Source of the DNA: a bacterium | Lineage (GTDB): Bacteria > Patescibacteriota > Dojkabacteria > SC72 | Direction of reading: 5' to 3' | Length of the DNA: 64,000 nucleotides | Assembly: GCA_021463465.1 (NCBI GenBank) | Contig: JAJTYH010000003.1 | Coordinates: forward strand, 211,549-275,548 | In this document: in pieces, positions 47,601 to 56,569 of the stretch | Layout: each line of letters starts with the position of its first letter | Numbering within the stretch: position 1 is the first letter of the stretch | Notes under the pieces: generated by a model | Told to the model about the DNA's origin: nothing | The model's input: only the letters and a program-made list of their open reading frames with translations | The model's database searches: none | Made by a program: the position numbers and the translations under genes

Positions 47601-48390
47601 AACGATAAAGTATTATTTGAATGTCTGGTGGGCTACATTTAAACTTAGCCTGAGTAAAGCAACAACCTATCGAATTGAAGTTGTGATGAGATTTCTGCGA
47701 GGAGTAATGCTTGTGGCTATTCAGATTATTTTCATCCAAGCAGTCATTGGAGACAGTGATAACATTGCTGGATGGAGTGAAGATCAGATGTATCTACTTT
47801 CTGGTGTTTTCAGTTTCATCAACTACATATCATGGGCCTTCTTCGCCATCAATCACTGGAGGATTGAAGAAAAAATTCTCAAAGGGGAGTTTGATGCTGT
47901 ATTGATGAAACCAATGTCTTCAATTTTCTCAGCTTCTTTCCCAGACTTTTTCATTGATGAAGCTATTACCGCTATCTCTGGAGTGTTTTTGATTTTGTAC
48001 TATGTCGCTCGTAATTTTACGACCTTAACTCTTGAGGGGACTGTCTTTGGAGTAATAGCTATGATTTGTGGATTTGTAGTTTGGTTTAGCCTTGAGCTTA
48101 TATTTGCTAGTTTTGACTTCTTACAAGTGAAGAATGGTTTGAGAGAGATTAAGAAAAATCTGACTAATGCAGGTCGATTTCCTCTTGAGATTTGGAATCC
48201 TAATGTACGTTTTGTCTTCTACTCACTTTTCCCAATTGCATTTGTTTCGACTGTTCCCGCTGGTTTAATTGCGGGTCTTTTTAACTGGCAGTACTTAGTG
48301 CTTTCTGTCTTAGTTACTTCCGTTCTTTTTCTTGTCGCTCGAACTTTTTGGAATCTTAGTATTCGTAATTATGCGAGTGGCGGAAATTAG
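47581..48390 (+). CDS. ABC-2 family (DUF990-like) permease
   Basis: GWS, GEFDAVLMKP, GRFPLEI, PIAF...PA, YASGG. Confidence 0.85.
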   Translation: MKLTVFKTIKYYLNVWWATFKLSLSKATTYRIEVVMRFLRGVMLVAIQIIFIQAVIGDSDNIAGWSEDQMYLLSGVFSFINYISWAFFAINHWRIEEKILKGEFDAVLMKPMSSIFSASFPDFFIDEAITAISGVFLILYYVARNFTTLTLEGTVFGVIAMICGFVVWFSLELIFASFDFLQVKNGLREIKKNLTNAGRFPLEIWNPNVRFVFYSLFPIAFVSTVPAGLIAGLFNWQYLVLSVLVTSVLFLVARTFWNLSIRNYASGGN

Positions 48391-48505
48391 TAATCAAAGA
48401 TTATCTCAAAGGCATTACAGTTGAATTGGAATTAGTGTGGATAGAGGGAAATCCTCCTGAAAAAGTAGTACAATCCCTTGAGATTTTAAATGATAAGTAA
48501 AACAT

Positions 48506-49060
48506 ATGTTAACTAGACAAAGAGCTTATGAACTTGTTGTCGAACATACGCAAAATAAAAACCTCATTAAGCATATGCTTGCCGTCGAGGCAGCTATGAG
48601 AGCATATGCTAAAAAGTTTGGAGAAAATGAAGAGAAGTATGCCGCCTTAGGACTCTCGCACGATTTTGATTATGAAAAAATGAAGGAACAGCATCCTTCA
48701 CAGTGGGGATATGATCTGCTAAAGGCAGAAGGTGCTGATGAAGACCTAATTCAAGGGATAGTGGGACATGCCGAACGGGAGAACACAGCTTCTAGAAAAA
48801 ATAATATGCATAGAGCATTATTTGCAGTTGACGAATTGACGGGATTTATTGTCGCTTACGCTTTGATGAAACCAAACCAAATCTCTGATGTTACTGTTGA
48901 AAGCATTATTAAGAAGTTCAAAGACAAGGCTTTTGCTAAAGGTGTTAATCGTGACGACATAACAAACGGAGCTGCTGAACTTGGCGTCTCACTTGAAGAG
49001 CATGTATCCATAGTTCTAGAGGCAATGAGAGGGATTAAGGAAGATTTAGGACTCCGATAG
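48506..49060 (+). CDS. HD superfamily hydrolase
   Basis: KHMLAVEAAM, HDFDYE, AVDELTG, FAKGVNR. Confidence 0.88.
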   Translation: MLTRQRAYELVVEHTQNKNLIKHMLAVEAAMRAYAKKFGENEEKYAALGLSHDFDYEKMKEQHPSQWGYDLLKAEGADEDLIQGIVGHAERENTASRKNNMHRALFAVDELTGFIVAYALMKPNQISDVTVESIIKKFKDKAFAKGVNRDDITNGAAELGVSLEEHVSIVLEAMRGIKEDLGLR

Positions 49061-49097
49061 CCATTGCGGACAATTTTGATATATAATCAGGATAAAA

Positions 49098-49148
49098 ATG
49101 GTATATAGATTGAAATTAACATCACGCTCATCTTCAGGTCTGGCTTAA
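49098..49148 (+). CDS. Putative serS leader peptide MVYRLKLTSRSSSGLA
   Basis: 4 Ser codons in 5 positions; stop codon inside a hairpin loop; TATAAT at 49082. Confidence 0.6.
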   Translation: MVYRLKLTSRSSSGLA

Positions 49149-49207
49149 CCAGACCACTTTTACGTATACCACAATTTCATATATACCTAATTTAATACAA
49201 AAGAGAG

Positions 49208-50476
49208 ATGATAGATATAAAATTGATTGTTGAAGATACACAGAGAGTAAAGCTGGCGCTTCTTAAACGCATGAAAGAAGAGGATATGCACCTATCTGAT
49301 ATTATTGAAGCATTCAATGTTAAGAAACAGCTTCAGGTAGACTTTGAAGATTTGAGAGCTAGGCAGAAAAGTTTCAACGAGTTGATGGCTAAGACAAATA
49401 AGAGTACTCCTGAATTCAAAAAGCAGCTGGAGCAACTCAAGGGTTTAGCAAATGAGGTAAAAGAGGTTGAGGAGAAGCTCAAAGAAGCGGATCTTAAACT
49501 CACCAGCTTGGTTGAAGTCTTGCCTAACATGCCTGACGAAGATGTTGTGGCTGGGGAGAAGGAGGCCAATAAGGTCGTAAAGACTTCAAGTAAGACTCCA
49601 GATTTTGATTTTGAGGTTCGAGATCATTTGGATGTAGCCAAAGGTGTTGGTATTTTAGACATGGACCGAGCGGCTAAGATTGCAGGCGCTAGCTTTTCAA
49701 TGTTTATTGGTAAAGGGGCACAGCTTGAATGGGCACTGCTTAACTATTTCATTGGCGAACATATAAAGGACAATTATACGATGGTTCTTCCTCCGCATTT
49801 GCTTACCGAAGCTTCTGGCTATACTGCTGGTCAACTTCCAAAATTCAAAGAGGATGTGTACTGGGTACAGGATGGTAACTTCTTGTTGCCAACAGCAGAG
49901 AGTGCTTTAGCGAATTTATATCGTGATGAGACTTTGCAGGAATCTGAACTTCCTAAGAAACTTTTTGCATATACTCCTTGTTATAGACGAGAAGCCGGAA
50001 GCTATAGAGCTAACGAACGAGGATTGATGCGAATGCACCAATTCAATAAGGTTGAGATGTTCCAGTACACTTTGCCTCAGTATTCAGAAGCAGCCTTGGA
50101 AGAATTGGTTGAAAAAGCTACTAGATTGGTTGAAGGCTTGGGTCTTCATTACAGAGTCACTCAACTAGCTGCAGGTGACTGTTCAGCAGGTGCCGCTAAA
50201 ACCTATGATGTGGAGGTATATCTTCCATTCTTAAAGACATACTATGAAGTGAGTTCGATTTCCAATGTAAGAGAGTATCAATCAAGACGAGGTAATATCA
50301 AATACAAACCAACCGACGGAGGAAAACCAGGATATGTTCATATGCTCAACGCTTCTGGTTTAGCCACCAGTAGGTTAATGGTTGCATTACTTGAAACATA
50401 TCAGAATAAGGATGGATCAATTACTGTTCCTGAAGTGCTTAGGCCATTTACCGGTTTTGATAAAATTGAAAAATGA
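49208..50476 (+). CDS. serS: Serine--tRNA ligase
   Basis: GQLPKF, LPTAE, CYRREAGS, RMHQFNKVE, KTYDVE, HMLNASG. Confidence 0.97.
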   Translation: MIDIKLIVEDTQRVKLALLKRMKEEDMHLSDIIEAFNVKKQLQVDFEDLRARQKSFNELMAKTNKSTPEFKKQLEQLKGLANEVKEVEEKLKEADLKLTSLVEVLPNMPDEDVVAGEKEANKVVKTSSKTPDFDFEVRDHLDVAKGVGILDMDRAAKIAGASFSMFIGKGAQLEWALLNYFIGEHIKDNYTMVLPPHLLTEASGYTAGQLPKFKEDVYWVQDGNFLLPTAESALANLYRDETLQESELPKKLFAYTPCYRREAGSYRANERGLMRMHQFNKVEMFQYTLPQYSEAALEELVEKATRLVEGLGLHYRVTQLAAGDCSAGAAKTYDVEVYLPFLKTYYEVSSISNVREYQSRRGNIKYKPTDGGKPGYVHMLNASGLATSRLMVALLETYQNKDGSITVPEVLRPFTGFDKIEK

Positions 50477-51036
50477 CCAAGAACTACTTTTTAGGTTTTT
50501 TCCCTGATCAACAGAGCAACTTTGCAATTCGTAAGGTTGTTGCTGCTGTGGGGAAAGTCTTTGATGGGCAGGAGATCAAAGTCAGGTGGAGTATCCCTGA
50601 GCACTTTCATGTATCTGTCATGTTTTTGGGGAATAACCTTAATCCTTTACAAAAAGTTCTGTTTAATCTTAAATTTCGTAAGCTCATCCTCCCGAAATTT
50701 GAGATAGGGTTTGATAGATGTGAACTTGGGATTTCCCGGGGCTACAAAGAACTAATATATCTGACAGTGAAAGTAGGAGGGGAGCAACTAAGGGACTTGG
50801 TGTACACCTTGCGTGAGAAGCTTAAGATTGAAGATCAAGGAAATTATATCCCACATCTGACTTTAGGAAGAGTTAGCAAAGATTTATCCAGTGAAGAATT
50901 CAAAAATCTTAGTACAGATTTGAGGAATGTGAACGGTACACTTAACATCTCGGATATTCGATTTACCCCTAATAACCTACTCTTTGTTGAAAGCAATTTG
51001 AATACTTATAAAGTTCTTAAGAAGTTTGATATGTGA
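50473..51036 (+). CDS. thpR: 2H phosphoesterase (RNA 2',3'-cyclic phosphodiesterase/LigT family)
   Basis: Two HxS/T motifs, HVSV and PHLTLGR. Confidence 0.8.
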   Translation: MTKNYFLGFFPDQQSNFAIRKVVAAVGKVFDGQEIKVRWSIPEHFHVSVMFLGNNLNPLQKVLFNLKFRKLILPKFEIGFDRCELGISRGYKELIYLTVKVGGEQLRDLVYTLREKLKIEDQGNYIPHLTLGRVSKDLSSEEFKNLSTDLRNVNGTLNISDIRFTPNNLLFVESNLNTYKVLKKFDM

Positions 51037-51872
51037 ATCTTAGCTTCAGAGTAGTTTTTGATATATTTGATGTCTGGATTCCGTTTGAACCAGGTGCGTT
51101 GCCTCTTAGCATACTGTCTGGTGTGAATTAGGATTAACTCTTTTACATCTTCTAAAGTCATTTCATCTTTAAAATACTTTTCGAATTCTTGGTATCCAAT
51201 TGTTTGGAGGCTTGGCAAATCGTAGGATTTGTATTTGGTATAAAGAGCTTGATTCTCTTTTAATAGGCCTTGGGAAAACATTTCATCTATCCTTTTACTT
51301 AGCCTCGTTTCCAACTCTTCTTTTGGCACATCAATTACCAGGTATAGTGATTGGTTTTCAGATTTCTGGACCTTATGTCCTTTACGATTAATGAGTGACA
51401 CTAACCTTCTGGGGTTATTCTTATCACTTTCGTTTAGTATGTTTATCCGCTCTCCCGCCATTTCCTGCAACTCATTTAATGGTAAATCCCTCAGCGACCC
51501 ATTATCATGAATAGGTAAACTGTAATTATAAAGAATACTTTCAATGTAGAGTCCAGTACCCCCGACTAGGAAAATGACCGTATCTTTATTTTTGTGAACA
51601 ATTTTTGCCACATCAGTTTGGTACTTATATATATTGTAATAAGTCTTTGGGCTAATGAAATCAATAAGGTAGTGAGGTATGTCGTCTATATACCAAGTGC
51701 CATCTCGTTTGATTTTGTCCGGTTTGGGTTTAGCAGTTCCAATATTTAGTTCTTTATAGATTTGACGTGAGTCTGCGCTAATGACTATCCCTTTAAATTC
51801 TTTGGCTAACTTAATAGCCAAATTGCTTTTCCCCGATGCGGTAGGGCCTGAGATTGCAATCAAACTATTCAT
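51006..51872 (-). CDS. miaA: tRNA dimethylallyltransferase
   Basis: GPTASGKS, SADSRQIY, IGTAKP, VGGTGLY, TRQYAKRQ.TWF. Confidence 0.96.
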   Translation of the reverse strand: MNSLIAISGPTASGKSNLAIKLAKEFKGIVISADSRQIYKELNIGTAKPKPDKIKRDGTWYIDDIPHYLIDFISPKTYYNIYKYQTDVAKIVHKNKDTVIFLVGGTGLYIESILYNYSLPIHDNGSLRDLPLNELQEMAGERINILNESDKNNPRRLVSLINRKGHKVQKSENQSLYLVIDVPKEELETRLSKRIDEMFSQGLLKENQALYTKYKSYDLPSLQTIGYQEFEKYFKDEMTLEDVKELILIHTRQYAKRQRTWFKRNPDIKYIKNYSEAKIHISNFLRTL

Positions 51873-52329
51873 ATGTAGGCGTTCTTGAAGCCATCCAGAG
51901 AATTACTCCTGTAGAGAGTAGATAGGTAATTGCAAAGGTAAGGATGGGGTATATGGGAGCTGTACCTAATAAATAAATTGGGCCTAAAAGGATTAGTACT
52001 GAAATGGGGAAGAGAAAAGTCATACGGTTGTTGTAAGTAAGAGTAGCTAATACTGACATCATAAGAAAGGGAAGCAATAGGATAAGTGCAAAAAAGTAAT
52101 TGTCATGGCTTCCTTGGTCCCAAAGTCCTTGCATTAAGAGTTGCAAAGGTATGAATATAATCGGTGCACTTAGGATTACTAATGAAACCGAAAATCCTCG
52201 ACCTTCAAACTTAGTTGGTTCAAAAAAAGATAGAGCAAAAAATATTGCAGGTAAAGACATATAAAGAAGCAGAATTGTGAGGTATTCTACTTGGCTATAT
52301 TGGTAGAGCAATTCGAGTATCATGTTCAT
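51865..52329 (-). CDS. Small membrane protein
   Basis: About 5 TM segments. Confidence 0.6.
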   Translation of the reverse strand: MNMILELLYQYSQVEYLTILLLYMSLPAIFFALSFFEPTKFEGRGFSVSLVILSAPIIFIPLQLLMQGLWDQGSHDNYFFALILLLPFLMMSVLATLTYNNRMTFLFPISVLILLGPIYLLGTAPIYPILTFAITYLLSTGVILWMASRTPTYE

Positions 52330-53591
52330 TTTCTTAAAGTGGTTCTAAGTAATTGGAAATACTTCTCAACTGTCCACATCAAAAGAGGTAGGGTCAAAGT
52401 TGTAATCAAAAGATTGCCTGCCCACATTCCAGAAACGCCTTTAAGTGGATAATAGAGAATCAGGCTCACTAATAGTAAAGGTGACAAGGTTTGAAATCGG
52501 TTCTCATTTGTTAGTAAGAGAATCGAGAGAATTGTAGCAAATGTCAGTGTTAAGATTAGAGAAGTTGAGAGAATTGATACAGCTGCAAGTTTAAGTATCA
52601 CTAAGTAGATGCAGAAGTAGATTAGAACTGTCATGAAATGTGTGAGTAAATTGTATCGGAATGCATAGAAGGTAATCAAACTTGCAAGTAATACTGAAAG
52701 GATGACGGCAGCAAAGACTTGGAAGTAATTGATCGTTTTGGCTTCAATTGGTAAATCAACTGGTCCTTGATAGGAGTATTCCATTGGAATGGAACCTGAA
52801 TTGAACATAATTTCTTGAATAAACGCAGCATTAGTATCACTCGATAGTCCAACCGTCATAATAGGGCGAGGGGTGTTGCTACTTACACTCGCATCATAAA
52901 CTGGGATTGAAATAGGCGTGACAAAACCATCTACATTTACTCCACCGTCAGCCCCAGAATTCTCTTTTAAGAATTTATTGAACTTTCCATTATTCCAAAT
53001 CCATGGCTTAAAGATACCAAAGTAAGCTTCATCTCCTGCCGTTGTTTTAAGTTTAGTGATGTAAACGGTTCTAAAATCTTTGCGTGTTAATCCTGATTCG
53101 TTGTAGCTATCTGGAAGATATCGGGCAAGCTGTTGTTGCTGATCTCCGCTATCATCGAAAGTAACTTCAGGCTTTTTGACCATAATGGTTAGATTCCCTC
53201 GTTGGCGTAACAAGCCTTCAACATCCGTCGGATTTTTAGTTGATTTAACAGTTACAGTAATTATTCCTTTGGTTTCGCCTTGGTCTGTGTATTCAACAAA
53301 TACATGCTCAACACCCAGGCTACTCATTCTGTTATATAAAGTATTTTTGGCTTCATTGATCAAACTCCACTTATCTCCTACCTGAGTTGCTTCAAATGTA
53401 ACTTGTGCCGTGTAAGACTTCTGCCATACCTGCTGATCTGCGAGTTTAAGATCAAGACCTGAAGTCTGAAGCCATCTTTCAGTTTGAGGTAGTGCTGCTA
53501 CAAAAATTGAAAAGAAAAAGGCGGTGGTTAAAACGAGAAAGAGATATTTGAAGATTGTCTTGAAGTTTATCTTGATGGGTGGGAGTTTCAT
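52326..53591 (-). CDS. Divergent SecD-like membrane protein
   Basis: TM, GLDL, NRMSSLGV, FNSGSIP, then TM bundle. Confidence 0.55.
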   Translation of the reverse strand: MKLPPIKINFKTIFKYLFLVLTTAFFFSIFVAALPQTERWLQTSGLDLKLADQQVWQKSYTAQVTFEATQVGDKWSLINEAKNTLYNRMSSLGVEHVFVEYTDQGETKGIITVTVKSTKNPTDVEGLLRQRGNLTIMVKKPEVTFDDSGDQQQQLARYLPDSYNESGLTRKDFRTVYITKLKTTAGDEAYFGIFKPWIWNNGKFNKFLKENSGADGGVNVDGFVTPISIPVYDASVSSNTPRPIMTVGLSSDTNAAFIQEIMFNSGSIPMEYSYQGPVDLPIEAKTINYFQVFAAVILSVLLASLITFYAFRYNLLTHFMTVLIYFCIYLVILKLAAVSILSTSLILTLTFATILSILLLTNENRFQTLSPLLLVSLILYYPLKGVSGMWAGNLLITTLTLPLLMWTVEKYFQLLRTTLRK

Positions 53592-53592
53592 A

Positions 53593-54168
53593 CTAGAGAA
53601 TTAACTGCCGAAGGCTCCCAACGATAGTAACAAAGTCGGAATTAATGCTGTTTAAAATTAAAGGTACACGCTTCTTTTTGCCAAAATCAAAATCGAGAGC
53701 GGTTATTGCTGCGTATTTAAGTTCTTTTTGCAGATACATTTCCACCTCTTTCATTCCCGCAGCTAGTTTTCTTACATCGATATCTCCAACAAAAAGAAAA
53801 TCAACATCATCTGGAGTATTATGCTGTCCTGAAAGGAATGAAAAAGTAGCAATGACAGTAGTTACTTTTCCGGATTCTTTAGCCACTCTGCTTACCTTCT
53901 TACCTAACTCTGATGATTTTATAACTAATGTTCTTAAATCCTCTAGCATTTGATTATTGGGATTCAAGGTGAAAAGAATTTTATTGTTTTGCTTTTGAGA
54001 TTTCAACAATCCAGCATCTTCAAGATTGAGTAACTCACGACGTATTGCATTAATCTCCTCATCTAAAATCCGCACTAAACCCCTGACATGATACTGTTGG
54101 GTCGGGTTGAAAAAGAATTGTTCTAAAACCTTTATTCTTACCTTCGAAATCAAAATGTTCTTAAGCAT
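53593..54168 (-). CDS. wHTH + nucleotidyltransferase-like protein
   Basis: N-terminal HTH (YHVRGL...INAIRREL); DVDFLFVG. Confidence 0.7.
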   Translation of the reverse strand: MLKNILISKVRIKVLEQFFFNPTQQYHVRGLVRILDEEINAIRRELLNLEDAGLLKSQKQNNKILFTLNPNNQMLEDLRTLVIKSSELGKKVSRVAKESGKVTTVIATFSFLSGQHNTPDDVDFLFVGDIDVRKLAAGMKEVEMYLQKELKYAAITALDFDFGKKKRVPLILNSINSDFVTIVGSLRQLIL

Positions 54169-54184
54169 AGCCTGTATTTAATAA

Positions 54185-55417
54185 CTATTGCTCAATTATA
54201 TCAAATTTTCCTTTCTCTTTTGAAATGACGCTAATCCATACTCTTCCTCTGTTAAATTCGATCTCTTCGCCGGAGCTGTTGTAGTACCGAGTTCGATCAC
54301 TGCGGGAACTTTTCTTCCACTTTGCATTTATAATCTTACCGTCCATAAGTATCTTGGCATTTCCTTGGCCGATTGTAGTGGTGATAACTCGTCCTTTACC
54401 GTCAAATGCATCGGTTACTGTGGTCTCCTCTACGATTACAGTTTTAGCTGTTATCGATTTTTTACTTTCCAAATCTATGTCGGTCTGTCCTCCGATTTTG
54501 TGGGTGTACATATTGGTATTCCGATTGTATATCCATTCCGAATCGTAATCTCCACCATTAGTCATATCTTGGCGGAAGGTAACTTTAACTTTAGTTTTGG
54601 TACCTCTTTCATCAAACTTGGCATCACGTTTAAATTTCCAACTCTCAGTTTTTTCAGGGAATTCATCCCAGTTGTTTTCTTTTCCATATTCCCAGGCATT
54701 AAGAATGGAGGAATATTCATTGTGAGGTGCAAGTCGGTCATTAGTCCTCCAAGCTCCTCTTGTTGCTACGCTTTTTATAGAATAGCTGTAGATGTTGCCA
54801 CAAGCGTTGGTCCGAGGGTCACTTGTACTCGCGCAACCGTCATAGATATACAGTGCGTCAAATGGACTGAGCCATTCTAAGAAATACTGTCGGGAGCTTC
54901 GAATTGGACCCACCTTGTTAGGCCCTTCACTCCAGAAAATAGACATGTATCTGGTAATCCCGGACTCTGTAACAGCTTCGTATACAATATCTGCATCATT
55001 AAGACCTGATTGAGGGCGTCCAGCTATATGATTATTGGTCATTACAGCAACAGGGCGTCGTTTGAGCATCTTAGACATTGCCTCTTTAGTAAAGAGTACC
55101 CCATTTAAGGGACTCTCTTCGGTTCGGGGTACCCCGGGAACTGTGGCTGTTGGGTAAACTGGAGCAAGTGATACCAAGGAGGGTTCAACAAAGTTGCCTA
55201 TTTTGCCAATGATTTGTGAAGGTAGCGGTGGAACCTTGATTACATAAAAATATAGGTAGAAAAGTGCACCAGCACTTATGGCGGCTGAGCCAATGGTTAA
55301 AAAGAGAAGTCCTTTGTTATTGGTTAACCAGGTTTTGAATTTGGAGGTGGACTTAGGTTTAGAAGATGGTGTAGGAGAAGTCTCTGTTTTAGGCTCTTCT
55401 ACAATCTTGTCGGACAT
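54185..55417 (-). CDS. DUF3048 (YerB-like) membrane-anchored protein
   Basis: RPVAVM..N, RPQSGL..ADIVYE..ESGITR, GPIRSSR, APHN. Confidence 0.88.
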   Translation of the reverse strand: MSDKIVEEPKTETSPTPSSKPKSTSKFKTWLTNNKGLLFLTIGSAAISAGALFYLYFYVIKVPPLPSQIIGKIGNFVEPSLVSLAPVYPTATVPGVPRTEESPLNGVLFTKEAMSKMLKRRPVAVMTNNHIAGRPQSGLNDADIVYEAVTESGITRYMSIFWSEGPNKVGPIRSSRQYFLEWLSPFDALYIYDGCASTSDPRTNACGNIYSYSIKSVATRGAWRTNDRLAPHNEYSSILNAWEYGKENNWDEFPEKTESWKFKRDAKFDERGTKTKVKVTFRQDMTNGGDYDSEWIYNRNTNMYTHKIGGQTDIDLESKKSITAKTVIVEETTVTDAFDGKGRVITTTIGQGNAKILMDGKIINAKWKKSSRSDRTRYYNSSGEEIEFNRGRVWISVISKEKGKFDIIEQ

Positions 55418-55504
55418 GTTTTGTATTTTCACACAACCATAATATCACTACAAAATATTAAATGGTATACTGATTACAGGCATTAAATTTTCACTTAAAA
55501 GATA

Positions 55505-56569
55505 ATGGATGCTAAAGAATCTAAACTCCCCTACGTACTTGCTTTTTTGATGGTTGGAGCGGTCGCTTTTGGGATCTACTGGATGTTTTTCAAGCCAGCA
55601 CCCCAAGAAGAAAAGAAAGATGACGGTGGTGGTGTAGCTATACTAGATGAAAGTCAGACTGATACACCTTTAACTCCTGAAACCCCGGCAGTTGTGGAGA
55701 AGCCAGACACCGTAGAGGAAGAGACTCCGGTTGAACCTACTGATACTGACTTTTCCACTTTCAGTAACTCCTCACAGAGCGTAGGTAATAGTGGGAATAG
55801 CTCACAATATACTTTGAAATCGGTTGAAGATAGTAAAGAGGATGGCTTCCATTCATTTGTCTTCAATGTACAAGCAAAGACATCCGAAACAATGGAATCC
55901 CCTTATGTAGTAGTAAAATATATGACTTCACAAGGGTCGATTCGTGTTGATTTGAATGGTGTTACTAAGGACGAAAGCGGAATCGGATATCAGAAAAGCC
56001 GCAATATTGATGAACAAGGAGTAATCCGTTTGTACCACAATATCAGTAGTGATCCAAAGGAAGAGCTCTATGACATTGGTGTAGCTAAGCAGACCCTTTT
56101 CAAGATTGTTTCGGTGGAAGACGCAGAAAATACTTGGAAAATTACTTTGAGCGTAAAGTATCCAGGTGGAAATACAACCAGCGAGACTTTTGGCAGTGAT
56201 GCTTTCTCGAAGGATGTGCAAGCCATTGATGGTGGTTTGAAGGTTGATAACAGCAAGGTAGTTTCGTATTCATATTCTACCGCGGGAGGTGTATTGTCAT
56301 TGGTATTTAATGTGTCTGGTTCAACATCAAGACCAGTACCTAGTGCAACAGCTGAGTACAACAGCGAAGGCAAGCTTGTTTTATCATTTACAAGCTTGGT
56401 ATCCGACAATATCCACAACTCATTGGATGGAGATGATTTGGGTGGATTTGGTATCACTACTGAAAAGGTAGGGGATAAGTATGTCTATACTTTCAATGGT
56501 CCAACTAAGGAATTTAAACTTTATGGCTCAAAGAGTCCTAACCAGGTAATTCTTGAAATCAAGTTGTAA
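55505..56569 (+). CDS. Membrane-anchored extracellular protein
   Basis: N-terminal TM, acidic P/T linker, beta-rich domains. Confidence 0.65.
   Translation: MDAKESKLPYVLAFLMVGAVAFGIYWMFFKPAPQEEKKDDGGGVAILDESQTDTPLTPETPAVVEKPDTVEEETPVEPTDTDFSTFSNSSQSVGNSGNSSQYTLKSVEDSKEDGFHSFVFNVQAKTSETMESPYVVVKYMTSQGSIRVDLNGVTKDESGIGYQKSRNIDEQGVIRLYHNISSDPKEELYDIGVAKQTLFKIVSVEDAENTWKITLSVKYPGGNTTSETFGSDAFSKDVQAIDGGLKVDNSKVVSYSYSTAGGVLSLVFNVSGSTSRPVPSATAEYNSEGKLVLSFTSLVSDNIHNSLDGDDLGGFGITTEKVGDKYVYTFNGPTKEFKLYGSKSPNQVILEIKL

Noticed and set aside
48370-48500. Open frame (IKDYLKGITVELELVWIEG...) and weak inverted repeat between permease and HD gene
   Set aside because: No in-frame start codon and no recognisable family; cannot be distinguished from chance or a small remnant
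53593-54168. MNT-HEPN toxin-antitoxin pair
   Set aside because: GS motif degenerate and no HEPN partner adjacent
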